Shown: positions 41,518 through 55,701, numbered from the stretch's first letter. The stretch is DNA of 64,000 nt from Eledone cirrhosa (GCA_964016885.1 OZ024742.1:62310001-62374000), one strand, 5' to 3'. Translations and numbers: made by a program. Notes: generated by a model not told the origin, from the letters alone.

Positions 41518-42961
41518 GTCTTGGAATATATGTCTCATGATAATAAACAACAACAACTAACACTATTAATACCACCATCTATGCTATAAACCATACCACT
41601 ATCAACACCACCACGAAACCCAGACAACAATCAATACTGAAACCAAACTACAACATTTCCACCACCAACATCCCCACTAACACCACATTCCTATTAGTAC
41701 TACTACAAACACTGCCACTAACACCCTACTACTACCAACATCAGCACCATCACTAATGCCACGTTACACCGCTGCCAGCAACACATCACCTCTAGCACCA
41801 CTACCAATACCATCACCAAAACCACAACTAAAACCACACATATTCGTACCACTACCACCACCAACATCATCACTAACACCTCACCCTTGTTAGCATCACT
41901 ACTATTTGACCAACACAACCACAAACACCACACCCCTATTAACATCACTACCTCCACCAACAGACCAGCACTAACACCACATACTTATTAGCACCACAAC
42001 CATTTGACCGGGTGACATGAGAGTGGAGGAGGGTGGGACTGATCTCAGATAAAGTACAGTGATGGTCAGAATAGTTACTAGAGAGTAATGGAGTAGTGTG
42101 GCATGAATAGGTCAGATCACGTTTACATTCTACTATTAATAGACAAGTGTCCTCCAGTACGGCATGCTGCCAATCCTTGTTGTTCTTTAATATCTTTGTC
42201 ATGAGATTTAGTTTCCTAAGTTCAGTCTCCACTTCTTCATTCCTTCTCTTACAGTATCTACCTTTTGCATGAGTCCCATTCACTGATATTTCTCCGTATT
42301 TCTTTATACAGTTGCTATCCTCCATATGCATCACATACTCATACCATTGCAGGCTTCTCTCTTTCACACTACATCGGTTTCCTCTTATGCCTAGTTTTTC
42401 TCACAGTTCACGTATGCTGCATTGTTCATGCACACTAACATTGAACATCAACCAGAGCATACTCGCTTCATTTCTTTCCAGCCATCACAGATCTTGTACA
42501 GTCAAGGCATTGCAGTTCATATGCGGATATCATCTATTTTACCCCTACCTAGCATAATGCCAAACTGTATTTTATCTAGCTTCAATATGTTCCTAATTAA
42601 TTGTACTATAACTCTTGATAATTTTCATGAGCTATTCCTTCAACTTGATACCTATGTAGTTACCGCTGATTAGAACATCTACTTTATCCTTGTAGCAGTT
42701 ACAACCATTGGGTGAGAAAAAGACATGTTGTATAGTATAGTCTTGTACTGGCTTAAAATAAGTTACAGGAATAAACACATACCTTGTGTCAAATCTGTTC
42801 TTGTCATTTTGTTTGAATACACAATTTCTGGATATTTAAGAGGGTCTTTCAAGCAAGGATTAAACTTTTGATAAACCATCATCCATCCAATAGAATCATT
42901 ACAATTGTTCCTTTTGTGTGAAATGTGGAATCTTACACTCCTGAAATACACACGTACAAAC

Positions 42962-43003
<42 letters not shown>

Positions 43004-43092
43004 TAAAGTTTAAACAAAGAATCGCCGCTTTCACCCTTAACGGGATCTTCTGAAATTTATCATTTATTATTAGTTTTCAAATTTATTATTAT

Positions 43093-43144
<52 letters not shown>

Positions 43145-43750
43145 ATATATTGATATATAAGAAAGTAAGTCCATAGAATCATTTGATCAAATATATACAG
43201 TATTTATCCTCCCAATCACCATAATTAACCACACAAAATCAATTAAACGAGGCTATAAGTTTAAAATGTACCTATGAAGAAACACTAGATAAATAAATGA
43301 TAGCTATTTTATCCGCGATCAACAGCCACAGAAAATGTACCCAGTATTTCTAATAGCCCGTAGAAATTGATTAGACATATAGCCAACCATACACAATTAG
43401 GTACAAAATCAAAGTTAGAAGAAAAAATGTACAAAAACATACCAAAATTATGTTTCTACCCCATCAGGTTTCATTCGCTTTTTGGAAATATCCGATCATG
43501 GATAAATTCACGAGTTTCGAAATCATCAGGAAACAAACTCAATTGGACAACGATTTTTCTTAAATGATCCCCGCCAGAAACGAATTCAAAATGGCTAAGA
43601 ATTGTCACATGGCCAGTGGTCAAGTCAGAAAGCTGATTGGGAGAAGAAATACTGAATATATTTTATCAAATGATTCTATGGACTTACTTTCTTATATACT
43701 GCTCTGATTGTTGATTATTTAATTAATTAATTCATCATTGAGCCACACCG

Positions 43751-43798
<48 letters not shown>

Positions 43799-45445
43799 TC
43801 CGTCTAGTTTATGTATAGGTAAACCTATATATTTTATATACTCCCGTATGGTTGAGTAACAACACTTTAGGCAGTATTCGGCTGCGCTTTATAGCAACCA
43901 GCCTACTCGCCGTCAGGCACCAATCACATGCATGTATATGTATGTATGTATACACTAAGTATGTATGTATGTATACACATGTAGTTAGTACTAACTGTAA
44001 TTGTAGGAATCGGGTTGATTGCCCCCTACCCGAGAAATGCCTCTCTAGTAACATTGTCTACAAATGTAAGGTTGTAACACCCACGTCCCATAGGGCCTAC
44101 ATAGGGTTAACTGCAAATAGATTCAAGCAGCGTCTTTACACGAATACCTATTCTTTTCGTTACCCTCTAAGAAGGAATATGACGTCACTTTCAGCTTATA
44201 TCTGGAGTCTAAAAGACAACCACACCCAATAGAAGTTACACTGGGAGATCCTAGCTAGGGCTAGATCGTATAACGGAAATAAAAGGCCATGTGACCTCTG
44301 CAACGCTGAGGCCCTGGAAAAATACTCAAAGCCACAGACCACATCTTAAACAAAAAATCTGAGGCAATTTCGGCTTGTAAACATAAATTGCACAAAACTT
44401 TCTTGTATTACAGCCGCACTTTATATCCTAACGGATAGTACGATTTATACGTGGATATTTTACGTCTAGATGTGGGATCTAAGTATATGTTTTGTTTATA
44501 CCATTACTTATTTGCATAGGTAAGTATATATTACCCGTATGTTTTGTGAAGGTACGTATACCTTCTCGTACGTATATTTGATTGTTTATGTTATGGCGTA
44601 TAATTTTATATATTCTGGTACATATGGTTTGGCTATGTGTATACGGGAGTTTTGCGTCTGTGTGAGTATGCAGGTTCGTACGTATGTAGGTGTGTGTATA
44701 TGTGTACTTCATGTTTTGGTTGACTTACGTCTCCGAACATTCGTGTATTTACATGTAGGTATGTGTGTGCGCTTGTTATATACGTATTTATTTATTTATA
44801 TACGTTTATATAATTATTTATTTATTTGTATACACGCATAGACACACACACATATTTATATGTGCGTGGTTTTGTATACCTATGGTAAGTGTTTTGCGTA
44901 TGCTTGTGTATGTACGTATTTGTCTGCGTGTATGTATTTATTTATTTCTATTACTTCTGTATTGTATTTATTTACTTTATTCTTAACTCTGTAGCGGAGA
45001 TTCATTCGGTCTCCTAGTTAGAATTTTAGTCTACGACTTCTGCTATACCATTTACGTGGTTTTGTCTTTGCGTGCTATTGTTCTCCACGCTCCACATATG
45101 ACGTATTATCTTCGTTTTTTCGTTCATAGCCAGAGAACGTCTCTATGAACCACCTCAGAGAACATTAGTCTACGACCTCTTTTATACCATAAACGTGGTT
45201 CTGTCTTTGCGCGTAATTGTTTTTCACCGCTACTATTAACGACGAATTATATTCGTTTTTTTCCGTTCTTTGCCAGCGAACGTTTCCACGAACCAAAGTA
45301 TCGTCTTCCTGTCTTCCTCCGGTTGCAACGTTTTTTGAAATATCCACTTCTGCGTTTACAGATTGACTTTGTTTGTTTCAGAAGATCCCGTTAAGGGTGA
45401 AAGCAGCGATTCTTTGCTTAAACTTTAATCTGTTATTTTAATAAA
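41518..45445 (-). repeat. Inverted segmental duplicate of ~6553-10458 / ~59770-63678
   Basis: Same ORF translations on the opposite strand. Preceded by a direct-orientation copy (40505-41517) of ~6553-7538. Confidence 0.92.
42783..42940 (-). pseudogene. Orphan inverted copy of exon 4 (open frame, AG/GT intact)
   Basis: SVRFHISHKRNNCNDSIGWMMVYQKFNPCLKDPLKYPEIVYSNKMTRTDLTQ, donor GTATGT. No minus-strand copies of exons 1-3 or 5 were seen. Confidence 0.75.
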
Positions 45446-46007
45446 TATTTGCTCTTCGGTTCTTATATATTTGATATATATTTTCCTTATCGAGCCCTCT
45501 TTGGATTTAGTCTTCAATTTTATTATTATTACTATACATATATATATACATATATACATATAATTTCTGCACCGATCTCTAGCAGAATAAACTTTCACTT
45601 TTGTTGATATCTCTAACCTTGAGATGAATGACTATTCTGAGTCTCCTGGAAGTCTACGGAATACGAAATAGCGCTATAGGGTCTCTAATGATTTCATCTA
45701 GAGTACATATTCTTCTCTGTAATATGTAGTATATATACAATACACTGTCTTTGGATATATGTGTCCTACTCTCTCTATATATGTATATACATTTTACATT
45801 TGACTTATTATTGCTGTGAATAATGTCTGTAGCAAGGCGGTCAGCAGTGAAATAAAAAGGTCTATAAGAAATCAGAGGGCATTTTGATTGAAAACAAACA
45901 TAGGAACTTATTAAGTCATGTGACAAGCATGACTAATGCAGAATAGGTGACAAAGATGTAGAAATCTAGCAGCAACTGAAATATTCAGTTTAAATTTTCG
46001 AGCCTGT

Positions 46008-46038
46008 CGGAAGTGACGCCACCGAGCCTTTGCGCATG
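46008..46038 (+). promoter_or_regulatory. Candidate promoter motifs: ETS/CRE-half composite CGGAAGTGACG and NRF1-like TGCGCATG
   Basis: Both motifs lie in a short CpG-containing patch 1.3 kb upstream of the ATG exon. That exon starts with a splice acceptor, so a non-coding first exon must lie upstream. Confidence 0.4.
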
Positions 46039-46439
46039 TACTCACAATATGTCTATTGAGTTTGTTTATTGAGAATCACAAAATTCTGACATACTTAATA
46101 TATGACTGTCTTTTCGCTCGCCCACACGCTCTTGAACTTAAGGTCCGTTATCGCTATGGTCTTGGATTTTCTTACTTTCAGTTGCTCGCACATTGCTCGG
46201 TTTATTTTTTTTTTCGCTTTTTCTCTTTTCTTCCTTTTCCCTTCTATTTTCCTTTCCTCCCTTCTCCTTTTTCCCAATAACTTTCCCAGCTATTGAACGC
46301 TCTGGGTGGTAGATATCTTGTCTTTAAAGCGTGGAAATATCCGAGACTCCCAGTAGACAACTGATGAGTAACCCCCGTTCTTGCTTTCTTCTTATTCTCA
46401 CTCCATTTTAAGTTATATATATATATATATATATATCAG

Positions 46440-47232
46440 AATGGGCGTGGTAAAATATCTGGTGGACCATAACCCACCAGAGTACTGGATACTTGGAGTA
46501 GTAGAGTGGGTAATGTGAAAAGAATCAGGACCCCAACAGCTGAGAACGGGTCGCTGGGGGTAGATAGCGATACATCCTCCAGATATGATGGTTAGTTGAT
46601 GAATATGTGGGTAGCGCAAGACGAATAAGCAATGCCCAGACTAACAGAAGTAAGCTACTAACAGTAATGGAGCAAAGCTAGACATCAGATTGGTTACTCT
46701 GGTAAATAAGACCACCAAAACTGCAGTATAGTGAGAGGTAAGAAAAAGAATCATACTGCATCGTTCTTCATGAGGGAGGATTTCCCTCTTGAAGGCTGAA
46801 AGATAGGTGTCTTTGGGTTGTGAAATGTTATGTACCAAACAACGACTCTGAATACTGGTCCTTCATTAATGAAGTCACTGCAGCACTAGATGTAGTTAAG
46901 CCTGAGTCATATATCTTAATGGGACACTTCAATGCATATTTTGGCACTGACTACATGACATGGAAAAGAGTAATTGGAAGGAACAGTGATCCTGATATAA
47001 ATATGAAGGGAGAGGCCCTATTAGACTTCTGTTCTAGCAATAGACTCTTTATTATGAATATCTTCTTCCAGTACATTGACATGCATAAATATACATGGTA
47101 TAAAGGAGATCAGGGACAGAGATCAATAATTTATATTTTTATTGTCTCTGATCTCTTTGATTCTATAGTGGATGTTTGTGTTAAGAGAGGGGCTGAGCTG
47201 TCAACTCATCACCATCTAATGATCTGTAGTTA
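46440..47232 (+). mobile_element. LINE apurinic endonuclease pseudogene fragment
   Basis: ILMGHFNAY..VIGRN..LLDFCSSNRLFIMN..HKYTWY..VKRGAELSTHHHL. Confidence 0.8.
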
Positions 47233-47375
47233 GTGACAACCTAAGCCAAAGAATCACACATAATTTGCTTTTCATCATTTTGGTGGTGGATACAATTTGG
47301 TTGACAATATCACACATCCATAAAATATTGTGGCTTTATGTCTAAACAAAGTGAAAATTCTTCTTTTCAGATACA

Positions 47376-47703
47376 ATGATGTCAAAGAAATGTTGGCAAC
47401 CTTTAATAATAATTTTATTGATGTTCCACTGTATATCACATTCTTCTAATTCTAATACCAACATTGGTTCCTATTTTCATCGGCTGAAAGGAAAAGCTAT
47501 TATACATACTGATGAACTGACAAAAACATACCCTGTCATATTTGTTAATGCCGTATTTGAATGTATTCAGCATTGCATTAGTATGCCCTATTGCAGTTAT
47601 TTTACTTACTATGATAAAAGCTGTGAGATATTTCATGCCTGGCAAGATAGTATTGCTGTGATACCATCAACAATACACAAGAGTTATTATTCAGTACATG
47701 AAG
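47376..47703 (+). CDS. Coding exon 1 of secreted PAN/apple-domain protein, paralog C (signal peptide plus PAN/apple-like module)
   Basis: Acceptor TTCTTCTTTTCAG ends at 47370, ATG at 47376, hydrophobic LIIILLMF, ECIQHCISMPYCSYFTYYDKSCEIF (C-x3-C-x5-C-x2-F-x-Y..C), donor G|GTAAGT phase 1. Confidence 0.88.
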
Positions 47704-48009
47704 GTAAGTAAAATCATTTTTCAAACTAATTTTTTAATGATAAATTAATAGTAATGTGGGATTATTGATTAGTCACCAAAGGTCATATACAGTAACTGCT
47801 ATCAATTCAGTATTTCTAGTTCAATTACTTGAGTACATATCTTGTTAATCAATAACCTTTGAACAACACTTGATTTCAATATTTTAATAGAAATTCATTA
47901 GTTGTTGATTTTAAGTTTAATTTCTTGTAGAATGTAGTTGTTCATGAGTAATATCAACACAAGTGATGTAGTAGGATAACAAGCAGACTAAGAATAAAGG
48001 AAGATTTTG

Positions 48010-48800
48010 TATGCAATAGATGAACAGCAATAATCGATAGTAAGAGCGTCAGTGTTATAAATCTTTTCCAATCAAATAAAGGGTCCATAAAAGTGGTTGA
48101 TAGCTTCTGCTACCTAGGTGATCTAATCAGCAGTGAAGGAGAGTGCTCTGAGAGTATAGTAGCTAGAATAAAGATAGGATGGAAGAAGTTTAGAGAGATA
48201 CTCCCACTGTTGTCAACAAAATTGTTCTCACTCCATACAAAAGGACAGCTCTATGTTTGTGTGTGATGTGCAATGCTACATGGTAGCATACTTCAATTTA
48301 TGTGCAAAGGTAATGTGAAATAATTGTTTCTACTTTTGGTACAAGGCCAGCAATTACCCAGTACATTATTGGCATTTTATTTTATCGACGCCGAAAGGAT
48401 GAAAGGCAAAGTTAACTTCGACGGGATTTGAACTCAGACCACAAAGGGATGTAACTATGCTAGAAAGCATGGCGTCCAAGTGAAATAATGGCAGTTTGGT
48501 TGAACTGAGAGAAAAACTAGATTTAAGATGAACCAGAAGTGGTGTGAAAGATTGAAAACTGCATTGGTATAGACATGTGCTTGTATGATGATCTCTGGGT
48601 GATGAATTGCCAGGAACTCCCAGTAGAAGGAAGCCACAGTATAAAAAAACCAAGGAAGACACAAGCAGAGGTGGTGAGATCTGAATCTAAATCACTGAAA
48701 CTCACAGAGGAGATGATCAAGGAAGTTGACAAGTGGAGAGATGCTGTGCTGAAAACGACATGTCCAAGCCCTGCTAGTATGGAAAATGATGATGATGATG
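48010..48800 (+). mobile_element. Decayed RTE-like LINE fragment interrupted by a SINE (intron 1)
   Basis: VVDSFCYLGDLISS..ARIKIGWKKFREILPLL remnant and a (GAT)n tail at ~48787-48800. Confidence 0.7.
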
Positions 48801-50120
48801 TATCATTATGTAACTATAATTCAGAAGAAATGCAATCCATCTAATGGGACCCCATAAAGTTTCCATCTACCTAATTTCACTCACTATTCTTGAGTCAATT
48901 TGAGAATATGATAAATATATTTGCAAATGTGTGACAGGATAGGATTGAGCCAGGGAACTCAGGATTGCAAAGCAAGTGTTATAACCACTTAGCCACACCT
49001 GTGGTCTACATTATCCTATTTAACACACACATAAACTTAATCTAGGATTCTAGGAATAACAAATATTATTAAAGAACCATTATTTTAATAGGGAACATAG
49101 CATTATCTAAGGTTTCCCCTGAAAATAGTGTAAAATGATTTGAAGATTCTTTATTATCCAAGATTTAAAGAACCATTATTTCAAAACTTCACATAAGCTA
49201 ATGTTATATCAATACTGGTCATAGTGATATCTAATGTTCCTTTGAAATAAAGTGAAGTAATTTGAAGAAATGTTATTGCAACAATACCAGACATAATGTT
49301 ATCCAGGTTTTGAAAGAACATTTTCTCAAAACTGGGGAGTTTAGGCCAAGTGAATACATTGATGTCTGGCATTAACATACTTAGGGATTAATGAGTGTTT
49401 GGGATTAATGACTCACTTTTGGTTCTAGGACATTTTTTGGTCACTCCCAGATAAATGCTTCTGCTGGAAGACTAAACTTAATGAAGGACTTGTTGCTTGG
49501 TGTTGGGATGGGGACTGCCAAGCATTTCTAAGCCCTATTGAAATGACATGATGAACATGCAATCAAATATCTAGAGTGGAACCCCAAATCTGGCTGCGTC
49601 AGTTATGGGATTTTATTGATTGAACCACAGAGCTGGTGATATATCAAGTATAAGTTATGGTTAAATACAACCACAGAGGCTCTTTGTGTTGTCTTTAGAG
49701 ACACCTAGAAAAGTGATGGTATTGCTAATATCAACCACTCAGTAGAAACCACATATATTACATTGTCACAGGTTCTAACCTACCTCCAGTATGGTGTCGA
49801 AGCTACCATTTCATACAACAAAAAAGACAATGTGGTAGCTTCTCTTTTGTGAGTCACCATACTAGAAATAATAGTCAAATATACATGAAATGATACCCGA
49901 CTATAATAAATCTACTTGATAATTGATGACCTAAACAACAATATTTGTAAATTGTGAAGTGAAATGACTTATAACTGAAAATTGAAACATTGGTTGATAG
50001 GAACATTACCTATAATTACTTTGTCTCTAACATTCCTTCCACAATTATCTGTTTCCTATACTTACACCTATATATTCTAAGAATTATTCAATTAAAAAAA
50101 ACAGTTTTATTCTTCTCCAG

Positions 50121-50278
50121 GTACATGGCATAAGATCTATGTGTTACCAAAGAACAGCCAGCTAAAACCAATGTGGTTTTATAATAAAGGTAATGTAAAT
50201 AATTGTGAGAAGTTAATTTGTTCTGAGGCCTACCGAGATCATTTTATAAATACTTGGAAAGATATATCAGTTAAAAAT
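50121..50278 (+). CDS. Coding exon 2, paralog C
   Basis: TTCTTCTCCAG acceptor, GTAAGA donor, phase 1 to 0. Encodes (G)TWHKIYVLPKNSQLKPMWFYNKGNVNNCEKLICSEAYRDHFINTWKDISVKN. Confidence 0.85.
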
Positions 50279-50362
50279 GTAAGAGATTTTATTTATTTAT
50301 TTTCCATATTGTATAAGTATATATGTTCTTGTGGTTAGAAGATTCTGAGTTTCATATCACAC

Positions 50363-50395
<33 letters not shown>

Positions 50396-50604
50396 AAGAG
50401 AGAGAAACAGAGAGAGAGATGGCTTGTAACCTATCATGTAGACAACCTCTGCACATAAGGATATCATTGCATATGTTGAATGTTGAATTATATGTGGAAA
50501 CAAGTACCTTTCCTTGTTTCAATACCTACACATGTATATACACAGTTATTACATGCTTACCTTCCGGAATATTTAAAATATTTTTGCAGTTCCATTAATG
50601 GATT

Positions 50605-50970
50605 ATACTTCAGACAAACTACAATGACCTTCATTCAGACATAACGTATCTAAGAACTACATTATCTAATGTGTATTCATTCAGACATAATATATCTAGA
50701 ATTAAATTAAGTAGTGTTTCTACAATCAAACATTAAGTATCTAGAATTACATTATCTAATGTGTCTTCATTCAGTCATAATATATCTAAGACTACATTAC
50801 CTAATGAGTCTTCATACTTAATGTGTCAAACATAATGTATCTAGGGCTACACTACCAAATATATATTTCTGACAAACCACAATAACCTTCATTCAGACAT
50901 ATTATATCTAGAATTTCATTATGTAGTGTTTCTACATTCAGATATTAAGTATCTAGAACTACATTATATA
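50605..50970 (+). repeat. Degenerate minisatellite (~44-nt units) in intron 2
   Basis: Recurring TTCATTCAGACATAA..TATCTAGAA.TACATTAT.TAATGTGT. Confidence 0.7.
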
Positions 50971-51189
50971 TCGTGTTGATTCTATTTTAATAAGGTAGGG
51001 TGTGATATGAGGGGAATTTGGGCTCTAATTTTAGCAGATCAAGTCACTACACAATGGTCTATTTGTTGTCTTGAGAAGCTTTCTTGTTTGTTTGTTATTT
51101 ATAAATGTTTATACATGTTGATATATCAGACTTGATATAACTGTTAATGTTATTCTCACATCACTGATTGTTGGGATTGTTTATTTCAG

Positions 51190-51347
51190 GTAAAAGTGGT
51201 TCTTGAAAAAAACAAAACTGAGGTTGTGACAATTACCTTCAATGGAACAGGTTCAGACAATGTGAACTGGTTTAAAAAAGATAGAGTTCTACATTTCCCA
51301 TGGAACGACTTTAATGCTGGCTTTGATGACTTCCAGGTCATTTCTAC
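51190..51347 (+). CDS. Coding exon 3, paralog C
   Basis: TTATTTCAG acceptor, AC|GTATGT donor, phase 0 to 2. Encodes VKVVLEKNKTEVVTITFNGTGSDNVNWFKKDRVLHFPWNDFNAGFDDFQVIS(T). Confidence 0.85.
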
Positions 51348-52078
51348 GTATGTCTGTTTAAATGGCTTATTGATACATTTTACCAATACTCATGTGCATA
51401 CGAAATGGATGTATTACACACAGGCACACACACACACATATATACACATATTCACAAATACACGAACGGATAATTATATAGGTGTGTAGATATGTGCACA
51501 GCACCAAGAGCAAGTATTTTCTTCTGTAATCTTGGGTTGACTAATACCAAAATCTTTTGAGTGGAATTTATCAGACAGAACCTCTCCCTCTCTTTTTATA
51601 TATGTGACTGTGCTTATGTCTTGTTAATTAGGTGTTTGATAAAAGTAATGGATAAATATAATAAGTACCAGATCAGGAGAAAGAAACAATGCAGTGAAAA
51701 AGATCAACTAAATTAAGTTAGTGGCCTAGTAATAGCCACAGTGGAGTAAACAAATAAAAGATATATATATATATATAGATATATCATCATCATCGTTTAA
51801 CATCTATCTACCATGGTAGCATGGGTTAGATGAGTTTGTCCCATTTGAGGCAAGTTGGGTCGGGTGATCATGTCTTGCTCATAAAGGACTGTTTCTGGCT
51901 GGTTTTCTATGGCTAGATGCCCTTTCTAATGCCAACCACATATTTATATATATATGTGTATATGTGTATATATATATAACGTTTTAGCTTGTTTGCTTTG
52001 CACACTTATGATTTTATAACACTCTGATTAATGAATGTAAGCCTATGCTTATGTACACACACAGACACAACACACACA

Positions 52079-52147
<69 letters not shown>

Positions 52148-52658
52148 GGTAGACTGGCCAGGTTGCCAGGTTGCCCAATGGCAAGTGGGGCCCAGGAGCC
52201 CACTAATATTTTAGCGGCCAATGCTTTGCTTTAAAAAAATATTTTTCAAAAAATGTCTTAGAGAAAGAATAACAATTTTCTCCTTTACCATCCTCCGGGG
52301 AAATGTCCCTCTCCATTCTGTGTCCGGAGCTGTGGGGAGGCCAGCACATGGGATCCCATTTACTCACCATACAGATCAATGGGGAGGGAGAGAGAGATGG
52401 AGGTGAGGTGATGATAGTGGGAGTTCGGCTCTCCCACGTTTGGACCATATCCTTGTGGTTGTGTTTATTAAGCAGTTAATGTGTCTCTTTATGTATAGAC
52501 TAAATAGTGTACATTCTGTATATATCCAATGAAATTCCTGTATATAATATAACCATTTACATCTTTCTAAAACCTTAACCCTTTTCACACATTGAGCTAT
52601 GTATTTGGTCAAACAATTCCCAAGAGAATTAATAGAAACCAAATTATATGATAATGCT

Positions 52659-52764
<106 letters not shown>

Positions 52765-53163
52765 CACACACAAGTGAAGAAACCTAGTGAGAGCATGGAT
52801 GTAAACATATACATACACACAGACACACTGGTATACATCCATGCAACACAAAGTCTATACATATTCCCAAACGCTCCCCAACCAAACTGGCAGATTTGAT
52901 TTGGAACCTCAACATGCCAGATCAAATAGTCAGTTAGAAGACGTGTGGCCTAATCCCCTACTGGGGGAGACCACTGCAGGTTATGCCTGGCCGAGTCGGC
53001 CAAGATCATCAAATTAAAATCGGCCGTAAATTCGAGATAGGACATCATAATAAACTGTAGATATACCAGGTAAAACACTTTCGTCGCATTGGCATTCGGG
53101 TACGTGCCGTGCCATGGACAGACCCATAACTTAAACACGACATAAGGATAATTACCACTATTT

Positions 53164-53315
53164 TCTCACACCATTTCTCATTTCAGTACCACTGTTACCT
53201 TTATCAAATTTTAATTTGTAGCTCGTTTTAAGTTTTGATCTCACACCATTTCTCATTTGATTACCACTGTCATCTTTGTCAAATTTTAATTTGTAACCTG
53301 TTTTAAGTTTTGATC
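53164..53315 (+). repeat. Two-copy 75-bp tandem repeat
   Basis: TCTCACACCATTTCTCATTT..TTTTAAGTTTTGA occurs twice. Confidence 0.85.
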
Positions 53316-53892
53316 CTGTAAATGTTATGTCGCATTCATTACCACACCCTCCACCACAAAACAGATCACCATACATCCTCAACCATCACCGCACCAACAC
53401 ATACCACATTCCAATGAGGCACACATATACCACCAGCATCATGCACTTCAACACAACTGTTCGCATCGCCACAGTTTGTATCAGTAATTTCACCACCACT
53501 ATTCAACATCGTTTCTCATATCCTTTCTACCACCTCTTAACCCCACATGATATCATCTACATGCAACGCAGATACGCGTGCACCTACCCGCGCATGTGCA
53601 TTTGTAGGTTTATGTACCGATGTGCCTATAGGCGTGTGTAGAGTGAGTGAGTGTATGTATGTATATATGTCCATACATCCCTGAGCGCACCCATGTACAA
53701 CCTTACGGGTCCCCGGACTGTGAACACCCCCATCCCGTCGGAGTGTACACATGTGGAGACCTAGACGTATGTACGATGCCCGCATCGGTCGATGTGTCCG
53801 AAAATACATACAACTCATACGAATGGTAAGGCACACACATCTGACTCCGCATACCCCCCCCCATGCGTGCCCATGTGGGGTGATATATATAT

Positions 53893-53947
<55 letters not shown>

Positions 53948-54008
53948 TGTGTGCGTGCGTGTGTGCACACATACATACATATACACACACGCACACACAC
54001 ATATATAT

Positions 54009-54048
<40 letters not shown>

Positions 54049-54475
54049 GATCACGCCACCTAGCTTTGACTTTGGAGGCAGTCGATTAACTGCCCTTAGT
54101 TCTGATGTCACGTTCTGACGTCAGTAGCTGAATAAACTCTCTCTTCGACTTTTGTCTCTTGAGGCGAACAGACGCGTTTCACGGTAGCGAAACAGCAATA
54201 GCACACCATGCGGTCACGGGATAATTGAAGACCGCCAATTAATGATAATTACGAATTACCAACCTAGGAACAACTGATATGATAACCTGTTTTGTTAATT
54301 GCTCTGATTAAAATGATTATGTACATATAATCTCGAGGTATGTTCTTGTTTGCTTAATTGTGTACCTACACCTAACAACAAATAGTAGAGATGTTCTACC
54401 AGCCAAGCTAGGGAAATGAACTCCCCTCTAAATCATAAAAACAACGCATCCTTCTAAAATGGTGACCATCTCTCC

Positions 54476-54512
<37 letters not shown>

Positions 54513-54519
<7 letters not shown>

Positions 54520-55455
54520 ATGTTGAAAAGGTAACACACCAGAGAGAGATATACAGTGCGCTATCAATAAAACAGGGAAGAAAACCACCAGTGTATGGAA
54601 TCTATAACCTATGAAAGGCATACTATAGACACGATAATTAAAAATATAAATTAAAGCGTAAATAAATACCTTTATAACTATATAACACACGTACAAATCC
54701 AAAGATACTAATCCAAAGATATGTTTCACCAGTAATTTGTTGAAAGAAATGGGTTAGCCTCGGTTCATCAGCGTGTGTAAGGCTATACATTTCAGACAAC
54801 ACTAAGAGAATTTTAAAAGTGACTGTCCAGCTACACGTGGGAGAGAGAAGTCACAGCGTGTTTAAGGGCAGTGAATCAGTGGCCTCTGAGGGACGAACTG
54901 CTAGAAAGGGCAGCCCAAAGCCACTCAGAGAAGTGTGCTCAACCAAACAGAGATAGTTTGGTTGAGCACACTTCTCGGGGTGCCTTTGGGCTGCCCTTTC
55001 TAGCAGTTCGTGCCTCAGACGCCACTGATTCACTACCCTTAAACACGCTGTGACTTCTCTCGCCCACGTGTAGCTGGAAGTCACTTTTAAAATTCTCTTA
55101 GTGTTGTCTGAAATGTATAGCCTTACACACGCTGATGAACCGAGGCTAACTCATTTCTTTCAACAAATTACTGGTGAAACATATCTTTGGATTTGTACGT
55201 GTGTTATATAGTTATAAAGGTATTTACGCTTTAATTTATATTTTTAATTATCGTGTCTATAGTATGCCTTTCATAGGTTATAGATTCCATACACTGGTGG
55301 TTTTCTTCCCTGTTTTATTGATAGCGCACTGTATATCTCTCTCTAGTGTGTTACCTTTTCAACATATTGTATTTTAAACAGCTCAGGATTTCTTCTCCTT
55401 TGAGCACATTATTTACAGGGAATAGCGAGGGCCTATGCCTTCGTTAATTTATCGT

Positions 55456-55458
<3 letters not shown>
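54513..55458 (+). mobile_element. Large fold-back element in (TA)n: ~420-435-bp arms, 7-nt loop (54949-54955), ~85-nt tail
   Basis: 54513-54948 is the reverse complement of 54956-55372, apart from scattered mismatches and a 14-nt duplication in the left arm. (TA)n lies on both sides. Confidence 0.92.
55125..55204 (+). ncRNA. Type I hammerhead motif with full stem III (H8); mirror at 54685-54778(-)
   Basis: ACACACG-CTGATGA-ACCgAG..CTGGT-GAAA-CATATC tttg GATTTG-TA-CGTGTGT, triplet GUA. Confidence 0.8.
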
Positions 55459-55525
<67 letters not shown>

Positions 55526-55669
55526 TGGTTACACAACAGTTAGTTCACCATACCGGGAACAATTGTTTCACCTTAGCGGATCCTCAGCTCGTAATGGACA
55601 TAGTTATACGGAAAAGGAAGGACAACCGTACGAACGCGCATGCACAGAAACGATCACTTCACACAGGTA

Positions 55670-55701
<32 letters not shown>

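Noticed and set aside
50605-50970. Regularly spaced repeats resembling a CRISPR array
   Set aside because: No unique spacers, eukaryotic intron context, and no cas genes.
51336-51342. Alternative exon-3 donor CAG|GTCATT
   Set aside because: Phase 0 is incompatible with exon 4. AC|GTATGT at 51347/8 fits.
54475-55377. Pairs of similar ORFs on opposite strands
   Set aside because: A consequence of the palindrome, with no protein motifs.
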